Assembly (NCBI GenBank): GCA_963796055.1
Contig: CAWCKH010000004.1
Coordinates: 800,001-864,000 of the forward strand
Direction of reading: 5' to 3'
Source: an uncultured delta proteobacterium
GTDB lineage: Bacteria > Myxococcota > Myxococcia > Myxococcales > Myxococcaceae
Length of the DNA stretch: 64,000 nt
Shown here: piece by piece, positions 39,796 through 50,422 of the stretch
Position numbering within the stretch: position 1 is the stretch's first letter
How the letters are laid out: each line of letters begins with the position of its first letter
The notes under the pieces: model-generated
The model's input: the letters and a program-made list of their open reading frames with translations, nothing else
Database searches by the model: none
Told to the model about the DNA's origin: nothing
Position numbers and translations under genes: made by a program

Positions 39796-42052
39796 CTACA
39801 TCTTCCCGTGGAACGTGCGGCCCAGGATGTCGAGCTGCTGCTCCTTGGTCAGCTTGACGAAGTTGACCGCGTAGCCGGACACCCGGACGGTGAGCTGCGG
39901 GTACTTCTCCGGGTACTTCATCGCGTCCTTGAGCGTCTCGGGGTTGAGCACGTTGATGTTCACGTGGAAGCCGCCGGTCTTGAAGTAGGCGTCCAGCAGG
40001 TTCATCCCGCGGGTGATCCGGTCGGCCTCGGTCCCCAGCGCAGTGGGCACCACCGACAGGGTGAGCGAGATCCCGTCCTCGGCGTCGTCGTAGGGGAGCT
40101 TGGCCACCGACATCAGCGCGGCGAGCGCCCCGTGGCTGTCCCTGCCATTCGAGGGGTTCGCGCCGGGGGCGAAGGGCTCGCCCTTCTTCCGCCCGTCCGG
40201 GGTGGTGCCGGTGTGCTTCCCGTAGACGACGTTGGAGGTGATGGTGAGGACCGACTGGGTGTGGAGCGCGTTCCGGTACGTGGGGTAGTGCCGGACCTTC
40301 TCCATCATCTTGACTGACCAGCATCGAGGCCAGCGCATCGGCCCGCTCATCGTTGTTGCCGTAGACCGGGAAGTCGCCCTCCACCTTGAAGTCGACCATC
40401 AGCCCGCGCTCGTCGCGCACCGGGCGCACCTTGGCGTACTTGATGGCGGAGAGGCTGTCGGCGGCGTGCGAGAGCCCGGCGATGCCGCAGGCCATGGTCC
40501 GGAGCACGTCCCGGTCATGGAGCGCCATCTCGATGGCCTCGTACGAGTACTTGTCGTGCATGTAGTGGATGACGTTCAGCGCGTTGACGTAGGTCTTCGC
40601 CAGCCAGTCCATCATCGGATCCAGCCGGTCCATGACCTCCTCGTAGGTGAGGACATCTCCGATGATGGGCGCGAGCCTGGGGCCGATCTGCTCGCCGCTG
40701 ATCTCGTCGCGACCGCCGTTGAGCGCATAGAGCAGCGTCTTCGGCAGGTTCACCCGCGCGCCGAAGAACTGCATCTGCTTTCCGACCCGCATCGCGGAGA
40801 CGCAGCAGGCGATGGCGCAGTCGTCGCCGAACTTGGGCCGCATCAGGTCGTCCGACTCGTACTGGATGCTGCTGGTATCGATGGACGTCTTGATCACGAA
40901 CCGCTTGAAGCCCTCGGGCAGCCGTGGCGACCAGAACACGGTGATATTCGGCTCGGGCGCGGGGCCCAGGTTGTAGAGGGTGTGCAGGGCGCGGAAGGCG
41001 GTCTTGGTGACCAGGGTGCGCCCGTCCTCGCCCATCCCGCCCACCACCTCGGTGACCCAGACCGGGTCGCCGCTGAAGAGCTGGTTGTACTCGGGCGCGC
41101 GGAGGAACCGGACGATCCGCCACTTGATGACCAGGTCGTCGATGATCTCCTGGGCCTGCTGCTCGGTGAGCTTTCCCTCGGCGAGGTCGCGCTCGAAGTA
41201 GATGTCCCAGAAGGTGGACAGCCGGCCGGCGGACATCGCCGCGCCGTTCTGCTGCTTGATGGCTGCCAGGTAGCCGAAGTACGTCCACTGCACCGCCTCC
41301 CGGGCGTTCTTCGCCGGGCCGGAGATGTCGTGGCCGTACCGCTTGGCCATCTCCTTGAGCTCCTGGAGCGAGCGGATCTGCTCGGCGAGCTCCTCGCGGA
41401 GGCGCACCACCTCCTCGGTGGAGTGGCGGTCGTCGAGGTCGAGCTTCTCCTCCTTCTTCTCGGCGATCAGGAAGTCGATCCCGTAGAGGGCCACCCGCCG
41501 GTAGTCGCCGATGATCCGCCCGCGGCCGTACGCGTCGGGCAGCCCGGTCAGCACGTGCGACGAGCGCGCCTTGCGGATGGGCGCGGTGTAGGCGTCGAAG
41601 ACGCCGTCATTGTGGGTCTTGCGGTACTTGGTGAAGATCTCTGCGACATTCGGGTCCGGCTTCACGCCGTAGCCTTCCAGGCTCGCCGCCACCACCCGCC
41701 ACCCGCCGTTCGGCATGATCGCCCGCTTCAGCGGAGCATCGGTCTGCAGACCGACGATGATCTCGGTCTCCCGGTCGATGTACCCGGGCTCGTGGGCGAG
41801 GATGCCCGAGGGAACCTGGCTCACCCCGAGGATTCCCTTCTCGCGCTCCTCGGCGAGCAGGGGCTGGAGCTTCTCCCACAGCGCGGTGGTCCGCTTCGTC
41901 GGGCCGGACAGGAACGAGCCATCACCCTCGTACGGCGTGTAGTTCTTCTGGATGAAGTCGCGGACGTCCACCCGGTGCTGCCAGGTGCCCGGGGCAAACC
42001 CCCGCCACGCGACCTCCCAGGGCTCCTGGGCTCGCTGAGTCATCTCGTTCAT
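39796..42052 (-). CDS. pflB: Pyruvate formate-lyase (formate C-acetyltransferase), one-base frameshift near 40313
   Basis: [50 protein letters not shown] active site. Glycyl-radical [13 protein letters not shown] lies in the second frame. Removing one base gives 751 aa. Confidence 0.93.
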
Positions 42053-42062
42053 GGCGATCTCC

Positions 42063-43247
42063 TCAGGAGTCGAGAATCAGGCGCCGGGTGTGGCGGGCGA
42101 TCATCAGCTCCTCGTTGGTCGGAACGACGTAGGCGGCGACGCGGCTCGCCGCGGTGCTGATGCGCGGGCCGCCGGCCCCGTTGGCTTTCGGATCGAGGGT
42201 GATGCCCAGCCAGCCGGCGGCCTGGACCACGCGCTCGCGGATCGGCACCGCGTGCTCTCCGATGCCTCCGGTGAAGACCAGCGCATCCAGCCCGCCCAGC
42301 GCGGCGGCCAGCGAGCCCAGCTCGCGGCCGATTCGGTAGACGAACAGGTCCACCGCGAGGCGGGCCCGCGGCGCGTCGCTGGAGAGCAGCGCCCGCATGT
42401 CGCTGGAGATGCCGGAGACCCCGAGCAGCCCGGACTGCGTGTAGATGAGCTTCTCGATGGCCCGGGCGTCCATCTTCAGCTCGTCCATCAGGTAGAGCAT
42501 CACCCCGGGATCGATCGCCCCGCAGCGGGTGCCCATCGGCAGGCCGTCCACGGCGGTGAAGCCCATGGTGCTGGCCACGCTCTTCCCCGCGTGCATCGCA
42601 CACATGCTCGCGCCGTTGCCCAGGTGCGCGACCACCACTCGGCCTGCGGCGGCCTTCCGGTCCACACCAGGCAGGGCACCGGCGATGTACTCGTAGGAGA
42701 GCCCGTGGAACCCGTAGCGGCGCACGCCGCGGTCGGTGATCTCCTTCGGCAAGGCGAACGCCTGGGCCAGCTCCGGCTGGGCACGGTGGAACGCGGTGTC
42801 GAAGCAGGCGACCTGGGGCAACGCGGGCATCTGCTCCAGCACGAAGCGGATCGGCGCCAGGTTGTGGGGCTGGTGCAGCGGTGCCAGCGGGACGAACCTC
42901 TCCAGCTTCTGGACCACCTGGGAGGTGAGCCGGGTCGGCTCGGAAAACTCGACCCCTCCATGCACCACCCGGTGGCCCACGGCGATCAGCCGGTGATCGC
43001 CCTTGCTGCTCTGGAGAAACTCGATCAGATGCGAGATCGCTCCCTCATGACCGATGGATTGGCCCTCCTCCCAACGGCGCTCGGATACGGTCTCGCCCGC
43101 GGCGTCCTTGGCCACGAACTTCGGCGCGGTGTACAGCCCCTCGGCCTGGCCCCGGAGCCACAGGTCCAGCTCGGCGTCCTTCGCCAGGAAGACCGAGAAC
43201 TTCAGGCTCGACGATCCGGCGTTGAGGACGAGGATGGCCTGGGCCAT
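42063..43247 (-). CDS. ackA: Acetate kinase
   Basis: [65 protein letters not shown]. Confidence 0.96.
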   Translation of the reverse strand: MAQAILVLNAGSSSLKFSVFLAKDAELDLWLRGQAEGLYTAPKFVAKDAAGETVSERRWEEGQSIGHEGAISHLIEFLQSSKGDHRLIAVGHRVVHGGVEFSEPTRLTSQVVQKLERFVPLAPLHQPHNLAPIRFVLEQMPALPQVACFDTAFHRAQPELAQAFALPKEITDRGVRRYGFHGLSYEYIAGALPGVDRKAAAGRVVVAHLGNGASMCAMHAGKSVASTMGFTAVDGLPMGTRCGAIDPGVMLYLMDELKMDARAIEKLIYTQSGLLGVSGISSDMRALLSSDAPRARLAVDLFVYRIGRELGSLAAALGGLDALVFTGGIGEHAVPIRERVVQAAGWLGITLDPKANGAGGPRISTAASRVAAYVVPTNEELMIARHTRRLILDS

Positions 43248-43251
43248 GGCG

Positions 43252-44193
43252 TCACCTCACCGCTCGCTGCGCGCTGACCCGTCGCGCCTCGGCGACCAGC
43301 GTCGCCACCGCGCAGGAGGCGAGCCGGGCGATCAGCGAGTCGGCCCGGCTGGTGAGGATGATCGGCACCTTCGCCCCGAGCACGATGCCCGCGGCGTCCG
43401 CTCCGGCGAGGAAGGTGAGGCTCTTGGCGAGCATGTTGCCCGCCTCCAGGTCCGGCACCACCAGCACGTTGGCGCGGCCCGCCACCGGCGAGTCGATTTT
43501 CTTGATCTTCGCCGCCTCGGGGCTGATGGCGTTGTCCAGCGCCAGTGGCCCGTCGACCAGCGCGCCGGTGATCTGCCCGCGGTCGGCCATCTTGCAGAGC
43601 GCGGCGGCCTCCAGGGTCGAGGGGACGTCCGGATTGACCGTCTCCATGGCCGAGAGGATCGCCACCCGCACCTCGGTGGCTCCGAGGTCGTGGGCGAGGT
43701 CGATGGCGTTCTGGACGATGTCGACCTTGTCCTTGAGGCTGGGCGCGATGTTCACCGCGGCGTCGGTGATGATCAGCGGGTACGGGTAACCCGGGACGTC
43801 CATGACGAAGCAGTGGCTGATGCGTCGCGCGGTGCGCAGACCGGTCTCCTTCTTCACCACCGCACCCATCAGCTCGTCGGTGTGAAGGCTGCCCTTCATC
43901 AGGGCCTCGGCCTCGGCGTTCCGGACCAGCTCCACGGCCTTGGTCGCCGAGTCCTGGCTGTACTGCGCGTCGACGATGCGGAACTTCTCGATGTCGAGCT
44001 TCGCCTTGGCCGCCACCTCGCGAATCCGGGCGGTGGGGCCGACGAGGATCGGCGCGATCAGCCCCACGCGCGCGGCGTCGATCGCCCCCTTGAGGGAGGA
44101 CTCGTCGCAGGGGTGCGCGACCGCGGTGGGCGTGGGCGGGAGCGACTTGCAGCGGGCGATCAGCTGGTCGTATTTCTCGTGCGAAGATTCCAT
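43252..44193 (-). CDS. Phosphate acetyl/butyryltransferase (short Pta/Ptb type)
   Basis: LMKGSLHT, TDAAVNIAP, VDGPLALDNA, VPDLEAGNML.K, PIILTSRAD. Confidence 0.93.
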   Translation of the reverse strand: MESSHEKYDQLIARCKSLPPTPTAVAHPCDESSLKGAIDAARVGLIAPILVGPTARIREVAAKAKLDIEKFRIVDAQYSQDSATKAVELVRNAEAEALMKGSLHTDELMGAVVKKETGLRTARRISHCFVMDVPGYPYPLIITDAAVNIAPSLKDKVDIVQNAIDLAHDLGATEVRVAILSAMETVNPDVPSTLEAAALCKMADRGQITGALVDGPLALDNAISPEAAKIKKIDSPVAGRANVLVVPDLEAGNMLAKSLTFLAGADAAGIVLGAKVPIILTSRADSLIARLASCAVATLVAEARRVSAQRAVR

Positions 44194-44273
44194 CGCTGAC
44201 GCTCCTTCCGCGAAGCCCCGGGGCTCCTGCAGGGATCGCCGTCACCGTAACCCTCCGATGGAACCGCGCAGAT

Positions 44274-44308
44274 GGGACCTAGGTCTCACGCCTCGGGACC
44301 CAGGTCAC
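44274..44308. promoter_or_regulatory. Tandem palindromic regulator boxes (DosR/NarL-like) upstream of the fermentation operon
   Basis: GGGACCTAGGTCTC (44274-44287) and GGGACCCAGGTCAC (44295-44308), 21 bp apart. Minus-strand -10-like TACGGT at 44244-44249. Confidence 0.5.
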
Positions 44309-44483
44309 TGGAACGAAGCCTGTCCCCATCGCGCAACGACCGAGGCGGAACCACCGTCGGGAGAGACCAAACGTCCGGATCTCCGCCGCGACCTCGCATG
44401 AACCAAACCTGTCACCTCGCAGAAGGTCCTCTGCGCCGGGAACGGGCTGCTTCCGCCGCTGGAGCTGAAGCCCCGCCGCCCCA

Positions 44484-45623
44484 TCAGGTGAATCCGGCGA
44501 AGTGGGGCGCCTCCACCTGGCTCGCTGCGAGGGCACGCCCGACTGCCTGGAGATCCGGAATGCTCTCCACCACATCCAGGCTCTCGATCCTCCGCGGGTC
44601 GATACCCTCGATCCCGATCGCAGCCAGGCCCTCGCTGGTGAGATTCACGTCGTAGCGGAGATAGGTATAGAGCTGCGGGAGACCACCCACCCCCTGGCGA
44701 GGTCCACCGGGAACACCCATGTCGACCAGGTCGCCCAGCTCGCGGTCGAGCGGACCGCCGACGAGGCAACGCCCGAAGGACCGACAGAGGAGATCCTGCT
44801 GGATCGACGCGGAGGAGATCAGCGCATGCGGAAGGGTGCGCGCGCTCTCCAGGACGGTGGGTGACTCCTGCCCGGGCTGGAGCGACGACGGCGCCAGCGA
44901 CCTTCCCGTTCCGACCGAGACGAGGAGCAGATGGTCGGGCCCGGTTGCCCACCGGAGCTGGTACGGCTCCAAGGTCGCCATGAGGAAGAGGAGAAAGGAG
45001 GGGTTGTTGTAGCTGGTGACCCCGCCGTCGACGAACACCAGCTCCTTGCCTCCGAGCTGCACCCGCTCCGGGGGGAAGAAGACCGGAGCGGCGGCGCTGG
45101 CCCGGACCAGCTGCCACAGCGGCAACTCGAGGTTGCAGTCCGGACGCCTCCGGTCGTTGTACCGGGCGAAGGGATTGTTCGAGAGAGGCCAGGGCGAATC
45201 GGTGGAGGCGTTCCGCAGTACCAGGAGCAGAAGGCACCTCAACTCGGGAGAGCCGAGCTTCGTCTCCGCACCGAGCACCTCACGGAGCTTCGCGGCGAGG
45301 GGCTCTCGTTCGTACTGGAACCAGAGCCGCTTGAGCAGGAAGGCCTTCTGGAACATGGCCGGGCCCTGCTCCTGGTAGAAATCACGGATCTGGGCGACCG
45401 GCATGCCCGAGGCGAGGCAGGCCGCGAGGATGGCGCCGGTGCTCGTACCACCCAGGTAGTCGAACCAGTCCCCGAGGACCAGGGCCGGGTTTCCGGTCCG
45501 CTCCCGGAGAAGCGTCTCGATCTTCGCGAGGACCTCGATGCTGATGCAGCCCCGGACTCCGCCGCCCTCCAGCGCCAGGAGCTTCCGAGGACCCCTTCGA
45601 GCGAGGACCTGTTCGATCGACAC
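44484..45623 (-). CDS. Patatin-like phospholipase
   Basis: LLALEGGGVRG, GTSTG nucleophile elbow, RASAAAPVFF, FVDGG...NNP. GTG start 10 bp after the upstream stop. Confidence 0.92.
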   Translation of the reverse strand: MSIEQVLARRGPRKLLALEGGGVRGCISIEVLAKIETLLRERTGNPALVLGDWFDYLGGTSTGAILAACLASGMPVAQIRDFYQEQGPAMFQKAFLLKRLWFQYEREPLAAKLREVLGAETKLGSPELRCLLLLVLRNASTDSPWPLSNNPFARYNDRRRPDCNLELPLWQLVRASAAAPVFFPPERVQLGGKELVFVDGGVTSYNNPSFLLFLMATLEPYQLRWATGPDHLLLVSVGTGRSLAPSSLQPGQESPTVLESARTLPHALISSASIQQDLLCRSFGRCLVGGPLDRELGDLVDMGVPGGPRQGVGGLPQLYTYLRYDVNLTSEGLAAIGIEGIDPRRIESLDVVESIPDLQAVGRALAASQVEAPHFAGFT

Positions 45624-45633
45624 GCGCGGCCCC

Positions 45634-48600
45634 TCAGTTCCCCGGGTCCCCATTCGTCCCGGACAGGCCGGACCGGGCGGGTGAGGCGCCCTCGCAGCGC
45701 CCCAGCTGTCGCACCGACGCTCGCGCCACCTCGTCCGCGGGATCCATGGACGCGGCCTTCCTGAATGCATCCAGAGCGAGCTGACAGTCCGGGTTCGGCT
45801 CGGCCGGGTTGCGGGTGCTGCTCGCCGTAGCGAGGACCTCTCGCATCTGCCCCAGGCGCTTCCAGGCGGCGGCGTTCGCTCCCGGCCTCTGCGTCACCTG
45901 GCTCTCTGCTGCGATGGCACCCCGCAGCAAGGCCTCCCAGCCGGAGCGATGAGAATCACGCGCCGCGAGCGCAAGCCCGAACCTCGCCTCGGCGAGGCCA
46001 CCCAGGCGGTCGACTCGCTGCGGCGAGGCGTCCAGCAGCTCGGTCGCGACGGCGACCTCTTCTTCGCGAAGAGCGAGGGCATCCTCGTGCTTGCCTGCGC
46101 CGTCGAGGAATCCGCCCGCCGCGGCGAGAGTCCGCTCGAGCTGGAGCTTCATCTCCTCCGAGGCTTGCGGCGGGGCGAGCAAGTCGGCGAGCTGCGCGGA
46201 GTGCAGGGCAGCCCTCCACGCCTCGAGCTCACCGCTGGAATGCTGAGTGGCAAGGTCGAGGTAGATCTTCCGGAGCTGATCGTAGTTCTGATGCGCCGTG
46301 GGAAGCCTCTCGATCCGGCCGAGGAGCGTCCGCTCCAGCGCCTCGGGTGAATCGCCCGCGGTCGTGGTGTTGCCGAGCACGGGTTCCGCACCACTCAGGT
46401 ACTTCTTCACCAGCGCCTCCGCCTGGCTCCGGAAGCGCGCCGCCTCGCTCTGGGACGTCAGTGCAGACGACTCATCTTTCGCCTTCCGGAGCAGCGTGGC
46501 CTGCAGCGCATAGGCCGAGGAGGTGTCGAGGGCAAAGCTGGGATTCTCGGGCTTCACCGTGACCAGCCGGGCCAGGGTGTTGATCGCTCGCCGGAGCATC
46601 TCCTTCGCTTCGTCGTCGTGGTCGAGGGTCATCAGCGCATTCGCGATCTCCACCCGGACCTGGGCCACCCTCCGGTCGCTCTCGAGGTCCACCCGATCCT
46701 GCTGGCCCGCGCCGAGCTGCTGCTCGGCTTGCCGCAACTGGACGAGGCGTTCGGCGTTCCGCCCCGCGGCGGCCAGGATCCTCGAATTGGTCAACAAGGC
46801 CGAGGCCAGTTCGCCGACCAGCGCTCGGTTGGTCTCGTCCAGCGCGGCGAGATTCCGCAGCACGTAGACGGCGTCGAGCGACGCCGCCTCTGCCTCCTCG
46901 AGCGGAAGCAGCGGCTGGCAGGCCTTCGACTTCTCGGCCCTGCAGGCGAGGATCGCCTCCGCATTCGAGAGCAAGAGCGCCGCCCGTTCCCGCTGCCTCA
47001 CGGGGGTGTTGGCCTCCCGACCTCCGGCTGCCACCAGCGCGTGCCAGCGCTGCTGATTGTCGGCCGCCACCGGTCCGGACCGCAGGCTGGGGGACGAGAG
47101 GCCCAGAAGTCGATCTCGCAGCAACGCGGCTCGACCGAGGACGTTCACCGCCGCCTCGTCGAGGCGAGGGAGAAGGGTTGCCGTCTCTGCGCCACCGCCC
47201 GCGAGGCAAGCGGTGCCCCGTCCGGTGAGTCGCCCGAACGCGAGCTGGATTGCTTCGGCGAGATTCGAGAGCGCCGCTCGGGTCTCGCCTGCGACCTCAC
47301 TCTGCCGTGCGAGCGACACCAGGCTCGACCCGAGCCCGGTGCAGTCGTCGGGCTCGCGGTCCTGCCCGGCCAGCACGGTGCGCCAGGCCCTGACCGATTC
47401 CTCGTAGGCCGAACGTGCCGGGCCTGACCTGCCCTGGTCCATCAGCGCGTCGCCCAATCGCGCCTGAAGTCGCGCGACATGTCGGAGCAGCGGCGGGCCC
47501 GGCGAGCGCACCTTCGCCGCATCCAGGGCCTCTCCGTAGGACTTGATCGAGGCAGTGAGCCTGCCTTCGAGCCGCTGGAGGTCCGCCACGCCGGCCAGGG
47601 CGCGCGAGCGGTTCAGCTCCTTGAGATCGCTCGCGGAGCGCAGGTACTTGGTGGTCGCGTCACGCACCCGGCCGAGCGTCCCGCTGCTTCCGGTGCCGGC
47701 AGTCTTCTGCAGTGCGCCCTCCGAGTAGAGGGCGACCAGGAGCTCCTCGGCGTTGGCGCGTGCGCTCTGGGCACGTGCCCGGGCCTTCTCCAGCTTGGCC
47801 GCGCGGTAGAGGAGGGTGCCCACCAGCAACGGCACGGCGATCCCCACCGTCCAGAGTGTGCCTCTCCACCTCCTGGGAATTCTGAAAGCCCGCGATTGCT
47901 GGATGGATTCAGCCAGTCGGTCGTGACTGATTCTCGTAGAAGAAGCTCCCCAGGCGACGCTCGCGGCGAAGGATGCGCTCCTGGGCCAGGACGTTGAGCG
48001 ACTCCCGTCGAACCCGGTATTCGTTCCGGATTCTGGCCTTCCTCGAGCATGAGCCGATGGCCAGCCCGGTCCAGCAGCCCCTCCTCGCAGAGGCGACGCG
48101 CTCGGCGCCGCTGAGGACCGGGGAGGTCCTTCAAGGTGTCCCGGTAGAAATCGCGAAGGACGTGCTCGAACCCTGGACCACCGACGAAGCTCCTGGACGA
48201 GAGCTGGACCGGTCCGACCGGGTCGGCAGCCGCCTGCTCCCGAGCAGCGACCCCCTCCATGTAGCGACAGAGGAGCTGAAGCTGGAAGGGCTCGATCTGC
48301 CCGAAGCGCCCCCGAAGGTAGGCGATCATCTGATCGAGCGTCGCCGCGTCGAACTCGAACGGACCGACGCCGAAGGGCACCCCGCCCGGAGGAGCGACCA
48401 GCTTTGCGGGTCGGGTGATCGCGTCCCTGGCAGCCGCCTCGGTGAAGGGCTCGACCCGGAGACGCTCGTGAAAGAGGTTGGTGATCTGGGCGCTCAGCTC
48501 CTCGAGCGCGCCGAGGAAATCCTCTCGCAGGCTGATGACCACCTTCGCCCCAGGCAGCCGGCCGATCTCCGCGGCGAGGCTGGCGCGAAATCCCGGGTCG

Positions 48601-49028
48601 TGGAGGGTGAAGACCTCCTCGAACTGGTCGAAGACCAGGACCGGAGTCAGCAGCACATCACCCCGCCAGATGGTGGTCGCGGCCAGGAGCTCGCGAAGAC
48701 TCGAGGCCTTGGCCCGCGGAGGTTCCAGGTGCTCCATCTCACAGGTCTGATCGATGGAGCGGGCGACCGTGGTGACCACCGTCTCCCCCGGCACGTTGAG
48801 CCGGACCATCACCGGCAGGAAGGTCCGTTCCCGGAGGCGGGGGAAGAGCCCGGCCTGGAGGAGAGACGTCTTGCCCAGTCCGGACCGGCCAAACAGGACC
48901 AGGAGCGGGACGCTCAGGACCCGGAGGAAGAGCTGCTCCGTCTCTGCGTCCCTGCCAAAGAAGAGCTCCCGGTCCTCGAGCGTGTCCCCGAAGGGGCGGG
49001 TTCCGGGGTATCGGCTCCGCCCGGTCAT
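45634..49028 (-). CDS. NLR-like protein: nSTAND1 ATPase-winged helix-TM-TPR array, about 1130 aa after correcting two +1 insertions (48031-48032 and 47931-47932)
   Basis: RYPG.RPF...FFGRD.E, Walker A GRSGLGKTS, Walker B VLVFDQFEE, VISLREDF, PFQLQLLC. Removing one A at each AGAATC restores ...EEGQIRNEYRV...RILRRERRLGSFFYEISHDRLA...WTVGIAVPLLVG, in frame with the 45634-47847 TPR ORF. Confidence 0.8.
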
Positions 49029-50398
49029 GCCACGACCTGCCGGAGACTCCTCATCTCGGCGCGCCGTTCCCAGTCTTCCTGGATCGACCCCACGAGCCTC
49101 TCCACGTCGGTCGGATCCCTCAAGGTCAAGACGTGCGCGCTGCTCAAGGCGGAGAGGGTCTCGCAGGCCCCGAGCTTGACCGGCAAGACGAAGCGCAGCC
49201 GCTGCCCGTGGAGCTCGCCCATCTCCGACTGGCGCTTGAGCGCGACCTCGATCTCGCGGTGGAAGACGCCGGTGATACGCGACAGCAGGGTCGGCGTCTG
49301 GACGACCACCACGTAGTCGATCCTCCGAGCGATGACGTCCACCAGCACCCTGTTCCAGTCATCACCCGCGCGCAGGTCCTGGGTGTCCTGCCAGACGCGC
49401 ACTCCCCGCGACTGCAGGCTGTCGGCCAGCGCCTCCACGGCGTCGCGATCCTCGCTGGCGTAGCTGAGGAAGACCTTGGGTGCGCTGTCATCGGCCCGGG
49501 CAAGGCCGGTCTCAGGGGCGATGGGGCGCGAGATGGTGCCGTACGCCTCGCGGAGATAGCGGGCGAACGGTTCCCACTGCAGCCGCCGAAAATCGATCAG
49601 TCGATCGCCCGAGAAGAAGCCGACCGCCTGCTCGTGCTCGGGATGCTCGAAGAACTGGGGATCCTCGAAGGCAAAGGCCCTGCTGCGGTGCCCGTAGAGG
49701 TTGAGTACTTGAAGAAGGACCCGCAGGTACCAGTTCTGGAATCCGAATCCGAGGAAGAGGCAGGACGTCGAGGGGTCGGCGAGGATGCTGCGCACCTGGT
49801 CGGGAAGAGGCGGTGTGCCCCGGACCACCGAGACCAGGAATTCGATCAGGTCCCCCTCGGTGAGAACCAGTGAGCCGGGGTCATCGGGATGACCGAAGAG
49901 ATGGTAGACGAGCGGATCCTCCGCGGTGGGCGAGCTGAGCCGGAGGGTCCCGGGATGCCCGAAGCTGTAGTGGGCGGTGCGGGGGTGCTTTCCCGCCTCG
50001 GTGAAGGCGGTGGACATCAGGCCGTCCGGTGACGCGTTCACGCAGAGCTTGAACGGCAGCTGCGCGAGGTTGCGGTGAAACTCCGTCGTCTGCCCGGCGT
50101 GACGGGCGTAGAAATCCTGAACCAGGAGCTCGAGGTCTTCCCGGTCGTGGCGGAGGCGGTAGTGGAGCTCGGCCGCCCTCCGCAGGGTGAGTGGTCCGCG
50201 GGAGAGGGTGCTCGGGTCGCGCTCCAGGGCGGCCGCGATCTCCGCCGCCAGCAGCTCGTCGAGGGGCGTTCGACCTGGATCATCGGAGCGGACGGCCGAG
50301 CTGGGACCGAGGATGAGGACGCAGTCGCCCCGCTTGATCCGCGCCACCAGTCCCCTGAGCTCGCGTCGCTCGGTTTCGGTCGGCCAGCTCTCTGCCAC
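49025..50398 (-). CDS. SIR2-like (SIR2_2) domain fused to a C-terminal TIR domain
   Basis: CVLILGP, LAQLPF, VYHLFG...SLVLTEGD, LFLGFGFQNWYLR; TIR KVFLSYASED...VWQD..DLRAGDDW...FHREI. GAGGAGG RBS. The stop overlaps the ATPase ATG. Confidence 0.85.
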   Translation of the reverse strand: MAESWPTETERRELRGLVARIKRGDCVLILGPSSAVRSDDPGRTPLDELLAAEIAAALERDPSTLSRGPLTLRRAAELHYRLRHDREDLELLVQDFYARHAGQTTEFHRNLAQLPFKLCVNASPDGLMSTAFTEAGKHPRTAHYSFGHPGTLRLSSPTAEDPLVYHLFGHPDDPGSLVLTEGDLIEFLVSVVRGTPPLPDQVRSILADPSTSCLFLGFGFQNWYLRVLLQVLNLYGHRSRAFAFEDPQFFEHPEHEQAVGFFSGDRLIDFRRLQWEPFARYLREAYGTISRPIAPETGLARADDSAPKVFLSYASEDRDAVEALADSLQSRGVRVWQDTQDLRAGDDWNRVLVDVIARRIDYVVVVQTPTLLSRITGVFHREIEVALKRQSEMGELHGQRLRFVLPVKLGACETLSALSSAHVLTLRDPTDVERLVGSIQEDWERRAEMRSLRQVVA

Positions 50399-50422
50399 GG
50401 ACGTCCCTCCTCGAATGAACGC

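Noticed and set aside
42060..42085. Another GAGAATC at the end of ackA as a possible fourth insertion error
   Set aside because: ackA ends normally with a stop and an RBS for pflB. Removing a base would create an implausible AckA-PflB fusion.
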